Of a stretch of DNA of 60,591 nt, positions 21,881 to 29,997 are shown one piece after another (position 1 is the first letter of the stretch; the number at the start of each line of letters is the position of its first letter). Under the pieces are notes generated by a model, which ran no database searches, was not told the DNA's origin, and was given only the letters and a program-made list of their open reading frames with translations. Source of the stretch: Oculatellaceae cyanobacterium bins.114. GTDB taxonomy: Bacteria > Cyanobacteriota > Cyanobacteriia > Elainellales > Elainellaceae. Both the position numbers and the translations under genes were made by a program. The stretch spans positions 1 through 60,591 of the forward strand of contig JANRJA010000097.1 of the NCBI GenBank assembly GCA_033764315.1, written 5' to 3'.

Positions 21881-21901
21881 GCTTACTTATACTCATGTGA
21901 A

Positions 21902-21967
21902 TTGGCTTTGCTACACATGATTTCGTCAGGGTGTTTTGCGAAACGCCCTGACCCAACTATCTGCCAC
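21902..21967. repeat. Dispersed intergenic repeat, copy 2, with GTCAGGGTGTTTTGCGAAACGCCCTGAC hairpin
   Basis: Matches the reverse complement of 18474-18540; lies between convergent genes. Confidence 0.7.
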
Positions 21968-22004
21968 TTGTAACTGCAACTGTCCCTGACACCAACCTAG
22001 CGAT

Positions 22005-22601
22005 CTAACTATGAATTCGAGGTTCGGGATGTAGGGTTGCTAACAACTCACTCTCCACCGTTGCCAGTTGTTCTAGACGCTGTTCTACAGCTTCTCGGTC
22101 GAAATAGGTAGTTGCTAATACCCAATAGATACCATAGTGGCGGGCTTCGGATGCCATTAAACCACGATAGAATTGCGCCAATTCAGCGTCGGGGCAGTGA
22201 CTTGCTAACAAGCCCAAGCGTTCATGGCTGCGTGCCTCAATTAACCCAGAAACCAGCAACGAATCTAACATTCGATTGGGTTCTTGTCGTCGCAGTTGAT
22301 TTTTGAGACCAGCGGCATAGGGCGGCGCAGAAAGGGGAGCCAACGCAATACCCCGCCGATCGAGCCACTGGTTAACCTGTTCAAAGTGTTCCAGTTCTTC
22401 TTGGGCGATCGCGGTAAGTTGCCTTACTAGTTTGGTGCTAGAGGGATAGCGGAAGATCAAATTTAGTGCCACTCCTGCGGCTTTGCGCTCACAGTGGGAG
22501 TGATCGAGCAACACGATGTCAAGATTGGCGATCGCCTGTTGCACCCATGCGGTCGAGGTGGGCTGTTGCAAAAATTTGATTGACTTAGGTGTGATGTCCA
22601 C
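22005..22601 (-). CDS. miaE: tRNA-(ms2io6A37) hydroxylase MiaE (GTG at 22601 preferred)
   Basis: LLDHSHCERKAA, EELEHFEQV, IEARSHERL, SEARHYG, PRIHS di-iron motifs. Confidence 0.93.
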   Translation of the reverse strand: MDITPKSIKFLQQPTSTAWVQQAIANLDIVLLDHSHCERKAAGVALNLIFRYPSSTKLVRQLTAIAQEELEHFEQVNQWLDRRGIALAPLSAPPYAAGLKNQLRRQEPNRMLDSLLVSGLIEARSHERLGLLASHCPDAELAQFYRGLMASEARHYGIYWVLATTYFDREAVEQRLEQLATVESELLATLHPEPRIHS

Positions 22602-22929
22602 AGCGAGATAACTTAAGCGAGATAACTGAACAAAGAAACTGTCAACAAATTGCAGAAAGAGCAAGCTTAACTATCCTAACGTTGGATCAAGCTCGATCAC
22701 CCAAAGGGTAAGTGAGGACTCCCAAAACAGGACTGGTTTATCAAATAGTGGCTCTTTGGATGAGGTGTGACCTGGCTACTCCTTATAGGGCGATCGCCGG
22801 TACAGTGACCTCGGTTCCAAGTTCGGGTGTTTTGGGTGGGGGCAAGACCCTTGGCAAAGGCTCAAAATCCTCCAACGTTAGAAATTGAGGGGGCTAAGAG
22901 GACTGGTAATCCCAGTTCTAGAAATTATT

Positions 22930-23092
22930 GCTACAGATTACACCCCACCGCTTGCGGTACCTCCCCTTGCCAAGAGGAGGTTGGGAGGGGTCAGATGTGT
23001 AGCCTTAAAAAATTGCATGGGTATAACCCACCGGAGAGGGAACTGGAGTCCCTGAACGCCCTTCCCCTGGAGGAGAAGGGTTGGGATGAGGA
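22930..23092. repeat. Cluster of degenerate GC-rich palindromic repeats
   Basis: GCTACAGAT...ACCCCACC..CCTCCCCTTGCCAAGAGGAGG..GGGAGGGGT...ATGTGTAGC (22930-23003) and CCCTTCCCCTGGAGGAGAAGGG. Confidence 0.55.
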
Positions 23093-23150
23093 TAAATTAG
23101 TTGTACATCATGAAGTAGGGGGTGAAATTGATTGACAAGCTGACAACCTC

Positions 23151-25100
23151 TTACAAATTTGCGATCGCTACAGGTTCGATTGCGTCTGCTAATTCAAAGC
23201 CAAACACTTTGGCGTAGAAATAGAGTTCGCCATCGAGGGCGCGTTTGATGTTCTCTGCTTTGCGGAAGCCGTGTTGTTCCCCGTTAAACAGCACATAGGC
23301 AACGGGCAATCCCTTGGCTTTGAGCGCATCGACCATCATCTCGGCTTGGTTGGGGGGCACGATTTTATCTTCGTCGCCCTGGAAGAAGATCACAGGACAT
23401 GAGAGGCGATCGACAAAGTGAACGGGCGATCGCGCTTGATACAGATCGGCTCTTTCGGGATAAGGCCCGATCAGTCCATCCAAATAGCGCGATTCAAATT
23501 TGTGGGTGTCTTGAGCGAGAGCCGCTAAATCGCTGACACCGTAATAACTGGCTCCAGCTTTAAACACCTGCCGAAATGTTAGCGCAGCAAGTGTGGTATA
23601 TCCGCCTGCACTGCCGCCATCAATGCAGAGGCGATCGCCATCGGCTAAGCCTTGATCAACGAGGTACTTGGCTCCGTTCACACAATCGTCGATATCGACA
23701 ATGCCCCAATTGTCTCTGAGCCGTTCGCGATAAGCCCGCCCATAGCCTGTGCTGCCGCCATAGTTGACATCTAACACAGCGATGCCGCGACTCGTCCAAT
23801 ATTGAATGCTGAGGTTGAAGTTGGCAGATGTGGCCGCGGTTGGGCCTCCATGACTTTTGACCAACAACGGAGGGCGATCGCCTGCGGGGGCAGTGTAATC
23901 TTTATTTTTGGGAGCGTAATAAATGCCATAGGCGGTCAACCTGTGCTCCGTGGGAAACTCAAGTACCTCTGGCACTGATAAATATCCCGGATCGATCGCC
24001 AATTCACTAGAGCGGCGCATGACATCTACCTCACCCGTGGCGAGATCTAGACGAGCGATCGCCCCAGGAGCCGTGGGAGAACCTCCGCCAAAGACTAGGT
24101 GCTTTGGCGACACTCGCACGCCGCCAATACTGGCGTAAGGAGTAGGAATTTCTGTTAACTCCAGCGTGTTGGTGTTGAGACGAGCGACATGCTGAATGCC
24201 ATTCTCAACATAGGTACAAATCAGGCTGTCACCGGATTCAAAACCATAGGTAGACATGCGAAACACCCAGTGAGGCATCCCAAACTCGGCTGATTTTTCA
24301 CAAATTGGCTCAACTGAGTTGTTAGCAGTGCCCACGCGATAGCGATAGAGATTCCACCAACCTGTGCGATCGCCAATGAAATAAAGCACTCCATCGGGCG
24401 ACCACTCTGGCTGAAAGATTGACTCGGTCAAGCCCCCCGCAATCTTTTGGGCTTCTCCTAAAGAGCCATCAGGCTGAACCGGAGCCAGCCAGAGTTCGGT
24501 GCCATCCCACGGCATGTTGGGGTGATTCCAACTTAACCAGGCCAGGTAAGCCCCATCGGGACTGAGACGCGGGGAACTGTAAAAATCGCTGCCCGACACG
24601 AGCACCTGTCCGCCATCCAGTGACTCCGTTGGGATGGCTGCAACCGCAACGATGGTATTGACGCATTCCCCTTCACCTGTATGGTCTTCGCGCACTGCCA
24701 GTAAGCGTTGACGAGAGGTATCCACCACCGCATCGGCATACCGTAGCGCGATCGCCGGAGTGAGAGGTTGGGGGTCATCCCCTGCTTGTTGACGATAGAG
24801 CCGCTGGTCGGCAAAGTTTGAGAAATAGAGGACTCCATCTGCGACCACATAGGCACCTCCTCCATATTCATGCACCCGCGTCCGCACGTTAAACGGAGTG
24901 GGAGTCAGGTCAGTGGTCGTGCCATCAGGCGATCGCCGCACCACTACATTGCGTCCTGCCTCGGTAGGTCGCATCTCGCTCCAATAAATGTCATCTCCAT
25001 CAAGCATGATCTGCCCCAGGCTGATTGTGCCTGCCACAATCAAATCGGACGTAATGGGAGATTTCCATGATCCATAGGGAGCGATAGAAGGTTGAGTCAT
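23151..25100 (-). CDS. S9 family peptidase (dipeptidyl aminopeptidase/acylaminoacyl peptidase)
   Basis: [23 protein letters not shown] (Ser), QGDEDKIV (Asp), GEQHGFR (His). Confidence 0.96.
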   Translation of the reverse strand: MTQPSIAPYGSWKSPITSDLIVAGTISLGQIMLDGDDIYWSEMRPTEAGRNVVVRRSPDGTTTDLTPTPFNVRTRVHEYGGGAYVVADGVLYFSNFADQRLYRQQAGDDPQPLTPAIALRYADAVVDTSRQRLLAVREDHTGEGECVNTIVAVAAIPTESLDGGQVLVSGSDFYSSPRLSPDGAYLAWLSWNHPNMPWDGTELWLAPVQPDGSLGEAQKIAGGLTESIFQPEWSPDGVLYFIGDRTGWWNLYRYRVGTANNSVEPICEKSAEFGMPHWVFRMSTYGFESGDSLICTYVENGIQHVARLNTNTLELTEIPTPYASIGGVRVSPKHLVFGGGSPTAPGAIARLDLATGEVDVMRRSSELAIDPGYLSVPEVLEFPTEHRLTAYGIYYAPKNKDYTAPAGDRPPLLVKSHGGPTAATSANFNLSIQYWTSRGIAVLDVNYGGSTGYGRAYRERLRDNWGIVDIDDCVNGAKYLVDQGLADGDRLCIDGGSAGGYTTLAALTFRQVFKAGASYYGVSDLAALAQDTHKFESRYLDGLIGPYPERADLYQARSPVHFVDRLSCPVIFFQGDEDKIVPPNQAEMMVDALKAKGLPVAYVLFNGEQHGFRKAENIKRALDGELYFYAKVFGFELADAIEPVAIANL

Positions 25101-25193
25101 TGTTCTAGCCATCATCAAGTAAGTGCCTATCACTGAGGATAAAGGCTTTTGGAGAGGAGGGAAAAACAAGAGCAAAAAACAAGAGCAAAAAGC

Positions 25194-25294
25194 AGTGTTG
25201 CTGATCGACTACAGGGCTGGTGTAAGGGCGTTTTGCGAAATCTGCTGGCTGTGAGAATGTCTGTTGGCAAATCATGACTGCCTTCAGCGACACC
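25194..25294. mobile_element. 101-bp MITE-like element, degenerate copy of 28349-28449
   Basis: Ends GTGTTGCTGA / TCAGCGACAC, internal AGGGCGTTTTGCGAAA, same length as the 28349 copy. Confidence 0.6.
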
Positions 25295-25409
25295 CGACTA
25301 GGGAAGGAATGAAAAAGTGGGTAGTTCTATAGGGACAAAGATGAAGAATCATCAAGAGATGCCGGGATAATGAGAATATCGCGGTATCTCCATCGCTTAG
25401 CTCGATGGA

Positions 25410-26162
25410 TCATTCGCGCTGCCGTTGAATCTCTTGCACTACTCTCGCTTTGCTTGCGGTTAAGTGCGTGGCGATCGCTTCAACAGCAGCAGCAGTGTCA
25501 TGTTGGGCGATCGCTTCATAAATTTGGCGGTGTTCTAAGCGAATGTTGAGCACTTCTGGATTGCGCCGCAAGGTTTGAATGCGTAACAGCAACATCGCAT
25601 CAAAAACGTTGTCTAAAAGGGAGATCAGCCGTTGGTTGGCAGAGCTTTCGGCAATTAGATGATGAAATTGATAGTCTAAATCGAGCAATTGAATCAACGT
25701 TGGCTTGGTGGGGTGTTGCTCTAAGGTTTCAGCCTGATTGACATACTTTTCGAGCTTTTTGAGTTGAGCTTTTGTGGCATGTTTGCAAGCCTCTGCTACG
25801 GCCAATTGTTCTAAGGCGAGACGACAATCATAGAGGTGAATGGCGTCTGCGGCTGAGATGGTGCTGACTCGCAACCCTCCATTAGGCTCAGCCGCCACCA
25901 ACCCCTCTCGTTGTAACTGGCGCAACGCTTCTCGTAGAGGGGTGCGGCTAACGTGTAGCCACTGGGCTAATTGAGTTTCGACGAGGCGATCGCCCGGAGC
26001 TAACTCACCCGAAAGAATGCCAGTTCGCAAGGCTTGATAAGCTTGCTCGTGAAGCGATTTGGCACGTTGAAGCGGTTGGGGAGACAGAATCAAAACAGTA
26101 ATTGGGTTAAGAGGAACGAGTCTGAAAAGCTTGTTAACACTATAACAGACAGAAATTCCCAA
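25410..26162 (-). CDS. GntR/FadR family regulator with FCD domain (true start likely near 26093)
   Basis: ILSGELAPGDRLVETQLAQWLHVSRTPLREAL; LDYQFHHLI, EHRQIYEAI, HL. Confidence 0.94.
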   Translation of the reverse strand: MGISVCYSVNKLFRLVPLNPITVLILSPQPLQRAKSLHEQAYQALRTGILSGELAPGDRLVETQLAQWLHVSRTPLREALRQLQREGLVAAEPNGGLRVSTISAADAIHLYDCRLALEQLAVAEACKHATKAQLKKLEKYVNQAETLEQHPTKPTLIQLLDLDYQFHHLIAESSANQRLISLLDNVFDAMLLLRIQTLRRNPEVLNIRLEHRQIYEAIAQHDTAAAVEAIATHLTASKARVVQEIQRQRE

Positions 26163-26303
26163 TCTCCAACTCTCTTTAAACCAGTAATAGGCAGTGTGCT
26201 CCAGGGTCTAAGTCAAAATTACTGGGCTTGCCGCGCACCAATTGCTCTGTAGTCTCGGCACGAATCACCAGTCTTCGCATCGAGTCATGATAGCCATCGT
26301 TCT

Positions 26304-26702
26304 TTAGCTGTCAGGTAACCAGGACACATGAGCCGACACGATCTGCCAACCCTCTGGCAATCTGCGCCAAACCTGGCTTTGTCGTCCCTGTCGAGCAGGT
26401 TTGCCGACTACCCCACCATAAAATTCGAGGGTTACAACGGCAGTGTCTGTGTCAAACGTGACGACTTTGAAGTTTGAAATCTCACGTTGAATGGTTAGCG
26501 TTACTGGACCTCTAGCTTTGCGAAAAGCTCGGATTGCCTCAATTCCATACAGGTTCTCAGTTGCTCCCAATCGAACCACCTCTGAAGACTCCCAAAACAA
26601 CGCATCCATTGTCTCAATATCATTAGTGCAGAGAGCCGTTTCGTATTTGGAATAGAGGTCAGTTACTTCAGCGACGGTAGCGAGATGATTGATTTCAGTC
26701 AT
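26304..26702 (-). CDS. AtzH/HpxZ-like (DUF3225) protein
   Basis: YETALCTND...LFW...RLGATENLYGIEAIRAFR...GRQSQVW...GWQIVSAHVS. Confidence 0.88.
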   Translation of the reverse strand: MTEINHLATVAEVTDLYSKYETALCTNDIETMDALFWESSEVVRLGATENLYGIEAIRAFRKARGPVTLTIQREISNFKVVTFDTDTAVVTLEFYGGVVGKPARQGRQSQVWRRLPEGWQIVSAHVSWLPDS

Positions 26703-26811
26703 GGGGTATGTCAGAGATGGGCGATCGCTACAAACGGTTTATCAAACGTGATTTCAAGTTTACGATACACCCGTACTCAGCGTTGTCATCACTTCACCAC
26801 CCATTGAGGAT

Positions 26812-26820
26812 TGCTATAGT
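26812..26820 (+). promoter_or_regulatory. Possible extended -10 element for the LRR gene
   Basis: TGCTATAGT (TGn + TANNNT) about 24 nt upstream of the ORF. Confidence 0.3.
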
Positions 26821-26843
26821 TTGAATGAGTTTGAAACATCACT

Positions 26844-28166
26844 TTGGAGATCAGCTTGCGAAAATTATTGAGTGGGGCGATCGCCTGTCTGATCACAATT
26901 ATCTTTATCCTGTTAAGCCAGTCACAGGCTGGTTTGTCACGCCCAACTCTGACCAGTCAAATCTTTTTTACAATCCCTACGTTTCAAAGGTATTGGTGTC
27001 CTCAAAAAGCCAGCTTGCCCGTCGCTACTCAACAAACCGTGGATGCCTTGTTGCAGATCGTTGGGACTGAAGACTGCGATCGCGCCTCTGCCCTGCTGCG
27101 ACAGGCTGAAGAGTTAGATTTGAGCATGCGATCGCAGTCGTATCTGCAACCGCCGTTAGATCTGCGACCCTTGCAGGAATTTAATCAACTCACCTCCCTG
27201 GATCTGAGTCTGAGTCAGATTCAAGATATCGCCCCATTAAGACCGCTCTCTAACCTGAGACGACTTCTGATCAGCTACAACCAGATTACAGATTTGCAGC
27301 CTTTACGTTACCTGCCTAACTTAGAAGTATTAGCGATTAGCAACAACTTAGTGACCGATCTGGGTATTCTCTCAACCCTGCCCAACTTGCGATCGCTTTC
27401 AGCCGCTAGTAATGCCATTGAGGATCTCAGTCCTCTGACGCAATTATCTAATCTGAGTTTGTTATATTTGCCCAACAACCGGATCTCTAACCTGCGACCC
27501 CTGGCTCATCTCACTCAACTTAGGAGCCTTCATTTAGCAGGTAATGCGATTACCGATCTGGCTTCGCTCGCCTCATTGACATCACTGCAAGTTCTCGATC
27601 TGGCTGATAACCACATTACAGATGTGCGTCCGTTGACACCCCTATCTCAGTTATGTGGTTTGAGTTTGCGAGATAACCTGATTCAAACCTTTCAACCCCT
27701 GGCAGCTCTGACTCACCTCGATACGTTAAGTCTCACCGATACGGCCTTGTCTGATCTTCAACCTCTGGCGGGGTTAAGTGCCTTAAAGCAGCTTTATTTG
27801 ATGAACAACCGCATTTCTGATTTGTCGCCATTAGCGGCATTAACTCAACTCGACTTGTTAAACCTCAGCCAAAATTCAGTTCGCAACCTCAATCCATTAT
27901 CAAACCTGGCTCATCTAACAGCTCTATGGCTTGATGACAATCATATTCAAGATGCCAGTCCACTTTTCTCGCTCCAGACTCTCATGCAACTGGATTTGAG
28001 CCGTAATCCGATCACTGAGCTTCAGCCATTACTCAATGCCATGCCTCAGTTGAGGTTTTTGGCTGTAGATGGAACTCCGTTTGTCGATCAAATTCCTCAA
28101 GTTTTGAGAGAGGGTAGCTCACCCCTCAACGAAGTTCTAATCCTGAATTGTGCTGTTGCTCAGTAA
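26844..28166 (+). CDS. Internalin-like leucine-rich repeat protein with N-terminal signal/TM segment
   Basis: About 14 22-residue repeats LxxLxLxxNxIxDLxPL; hydrophobic N-terminus. Confidence 0.93.
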   Translation: MEISLRKLLSGAIACLITIIFILLSQSQAGLSRPTLTSQIFFTIPTFQRYWCPQKASLPVATQQTVDALLQIVGTEDCDRASALLRQAEELDLSMRSQSYLQPPLDLRPLQEFNQLTSLDLSLSQIQDIAPLRPLSNLRRLLISYNQITDLQPLRYLPNLEVLAISNNLVTDLGILSTLPNLRSLSAASNAIEDLSPLTQLSNLSLLYLPNNRISNLRPLAHLTQLRSLHLAGNAITDLASLASLTSLQVLDLADNHITDVRPLTPLSQLCGLSLRDNLIQTFQPLAALTHLDTLSLTDTALSDLQPLAGLSALKQLYLMNNRISDLSPLAALTQLDLLNLSQNSVRNLNPLSNLAHLTALWLDDNHIQDASPLFSLQTLMQLDLSRNPITELQPLLNAMPQLRFLAVDGTPFVDQIPQVLREGSSPLNEVLILNCAVAQ

Positions 28167-28168
28167 TC

Positions 28169-28335
28169 TAACGTCAGTTCGGTTTAAGCAGCCCAGCGAA
28201 TAAATTCGCGGCTACCAGAGCGAAGTCCGCCTTCGCGGACTACCAAAATCAAAGGTTTACTGAACCGAAGTAAGTTGGTTTTGCTCGTATAGCAGCGGTT
28301 TTAACCGCCAAAATCCTTATCCCGAACTCAGGTTA
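28169..28335. mobile_element. 167-bp MITE-like element with flanking direct repeat
   Basis: Ends TAACGTCAGTTCGGTTTAAG / CTTATCCCGAACTCAGGTTA (16/20); TAATCTAA at 28164-28171 and 28334-28341; internal hairpins AGTCCGCCTTCGCGGACT and GCGGTTTTAACCGC. Confidence 0.72.
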
Positions 28336-28348
28336 ATCTAAAATTTGC

Positions 28349-28449
28349 GGCGTTGCTGACCGACTGTATAAATTTTGTCAGGGCGGTTTGCAAAACACCC
28401 CTGCTGTGATGATTAACGTCTATGCATTAGACCTGGATTCAGCAACGCC
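28349..28449. mobile_element. 101-bp MITE-like element
   Basis: Perfect 11-bp terminal IR GGCGTTGCTGA / TCAGCAACGCC; flanks AAATTTGC / ACATTTGC (7/8, TSD-like). Confidence 0.72.
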
Positions 28450-28465
28450 ACATTTGCCTGATGTT

Positions 28466-29158
28466 TTAGGCGACGTGCGATTTAACCAACCCCGATCGCA
28501 ATGCTCTGACAGCAATTTGGACGCGATCATCGACCGCTAGCTTGTTCATAATATTGCGGACATGACATTTGATCGTGTAAGGGCTGAGATAGAGGGTTTT
28601 CCCGATTTCGTTGTTGGTTTGCCCTTTGACGATTAAGTGCAAGATCTCTAACTCTCGTTTTGTCAGATTGGCAATGGGTTGATCAGAGGTTGGCTTTTCT
28701 AACTGATTTACGACGCATCGAGCAATGTGTGGATCAAGATAGATGGCTCCATCCTGGACACAGGCGATCGCCACTAACAGTTGAGCTGGACTGATGCTTT
28801 TGAGACAGTAAGCATCTGCCCCGTGCAACAGAGCATCCGTAACTCGGCGTTCGTTGCGATCGCTGCTTAGCATCATAACCCTGACCTGTGGCAACAGGGC
28901 TTTCAAGGTTTTTAAGACTACGATGCTATTGAGATCAGGTAACTGCGTATTCAAAATAATCAGATCGGGCTTGAGTAATTTAGCTGCGCTAAAGCTGGCT
29001 TGCCCATTTGTGACACTACTGACAATGTTGAGTTGAGGGTAGCTAGACAGACGTTGTTTTAACTCAAACTGCGATCGCAAATCAGCATCTACAATGATGA
29101 TTTTTAAGGAGTCAATTGTGAGTCTAGATAACTCAGGAACTAGTTTTGGATGGGGCAT
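28466..29158 (-). CDS. NarL/LuxR family response regulator with atypical receiver
   Basis: Receiver fold (KPDLIILN, GADAYCLK) + HTH LTKRELEIL..GQTNNEIG..LYLSPYTIKCHVRNIMNKL. Confidence 0.92.
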   Translation of the reverse strand: MPHPKLVPELSRLTIDSLKIIIVDADLRSQFELKQRLSSYPQLNIVSSVTNGQASFSAAKLLKPDLIILNTQLPDLNSIVVLKTLKALLPQVRVMMLSSDRNERRVTDALLHGADAYCLKSISPAQLLVAIACVQDGAIYLDPHIARCVVNQLEKPTSDQPIANLTKRELEILHLIVKGQTNNEIGKTLYLSPYTIKCHVRNIMNKLAVDDRVQIAVRALRSGLVKSHVA

Positions 29159-29182
29159 AAGAAAAATGTGAATGAATCAGGT

Positions 29183-29431
29183 TTAGTCGATAACCCAAAA
29201 ACCGCTGTGTCGCCAATATTGTTCTCGTAAAGCCATATCTAAGTCAGACTTAGAGATTAGTTGTTGTTCGATTAAGAGTTCACCCAGGAGTTGAGATAAA
29301 CAGTAATATCGTTGCAATTCAAGGACAGATTCAAGTCGTTCGGCATCCATTAATCCTTTACGAATTAAGATTTGACCTAACTTGATTTCGCGTGACGACA
29401 AACGATGAGGTGTGGCATTAAGTGACAACAC
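29183..29431 (-). CDS. Small stand-alone MshEN-like (T2SSE_N) protein
   Basis: Two copies of the LGxxLIxxGL..L..AL..Q pattern: KLGQILIRKGLMDAERLESVLELQ and LLGELLIEQQLISKSDLDMALREQ. Confidence 0.75.
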   Translation of the reverse strand: MLSLNATPHRLSSREIKLGQILIRKGLMDAERLESVLELQRYYCLSQLLGELLIEQQLISKSDLDMALREQYWRHSGFWVID

Positions 29432-29665
29432 GTGACAACTGCTATACCAGGAGACCTGGTGAGAGACTACTCCAGTAAGGGGGTACTACCCTAAAGAATT
29501 TTAGGGCAATATTTTTAGAGTGGCAAGGGTTGATGATATTTTTTTGCCAGCTTTAAAGCTTTGTAACAAAGGTGTTTGCCTCTTACCTTTAATCTCTTGC
29601 CTAAATATTTTGAGGCTATTACAATAGCTTGAGTCTTCATTCGAGCTTTTTACTTTTTTCGACGC

Positions 29666-29986
29666 ATGCAGCAGCCAACCCCGATTCCTAAACTTGCACT
29701 TTTACGTGAGCAGGCAGGGCTGACCCAACGAGAGTTAGCCCATATTGTGGGTGTGACTGAGACAACCATTGCCAATTGGGAACGAGGTCGCAGTGGGCTA
29801 GATTGGATCGAACGCTTCATTAAACTCTGTGATGCGCTGCATTGCGACTTGCATGATCTGGTTGAATATCCGAGTGACGAATCTGTAAAAGAGCCTTCAT
29901 TTGAAGAATTGCGTCAAATGTATCGAGCGGGTCAATTGCTACATCACGGCGCGATCGACTCTAACACTCAATCTCAGGCAATGTGA
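29666..29986 (+). CDS. XRE family helix-turn-helix regulator
   Basis: LREQAGLTQRELAHIVGVTETTIANWERG...KLCDALHC. Confidence 0.92.
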   Translation: MQQPTPIPKLALLREQAGLTQRELAHIVGVTETTIANWERGRSGLDWIERFIKLCDALHCDLHDLVEYPSDESVKEPSFEELRQMYRAGQLLHHGAIDSNTQSQAM

Positions 29987-29997
29987 GGTGTTGACGT

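Noticed and set aside
22827-23135. 102-aa ORF
   Set aside because: Composed of palindromic repeat sequence; no protein-like features
25162-25193. AAAAACAAGAGC direct duplication
   Set aside because: Simple slippage-type duplication with no evident function
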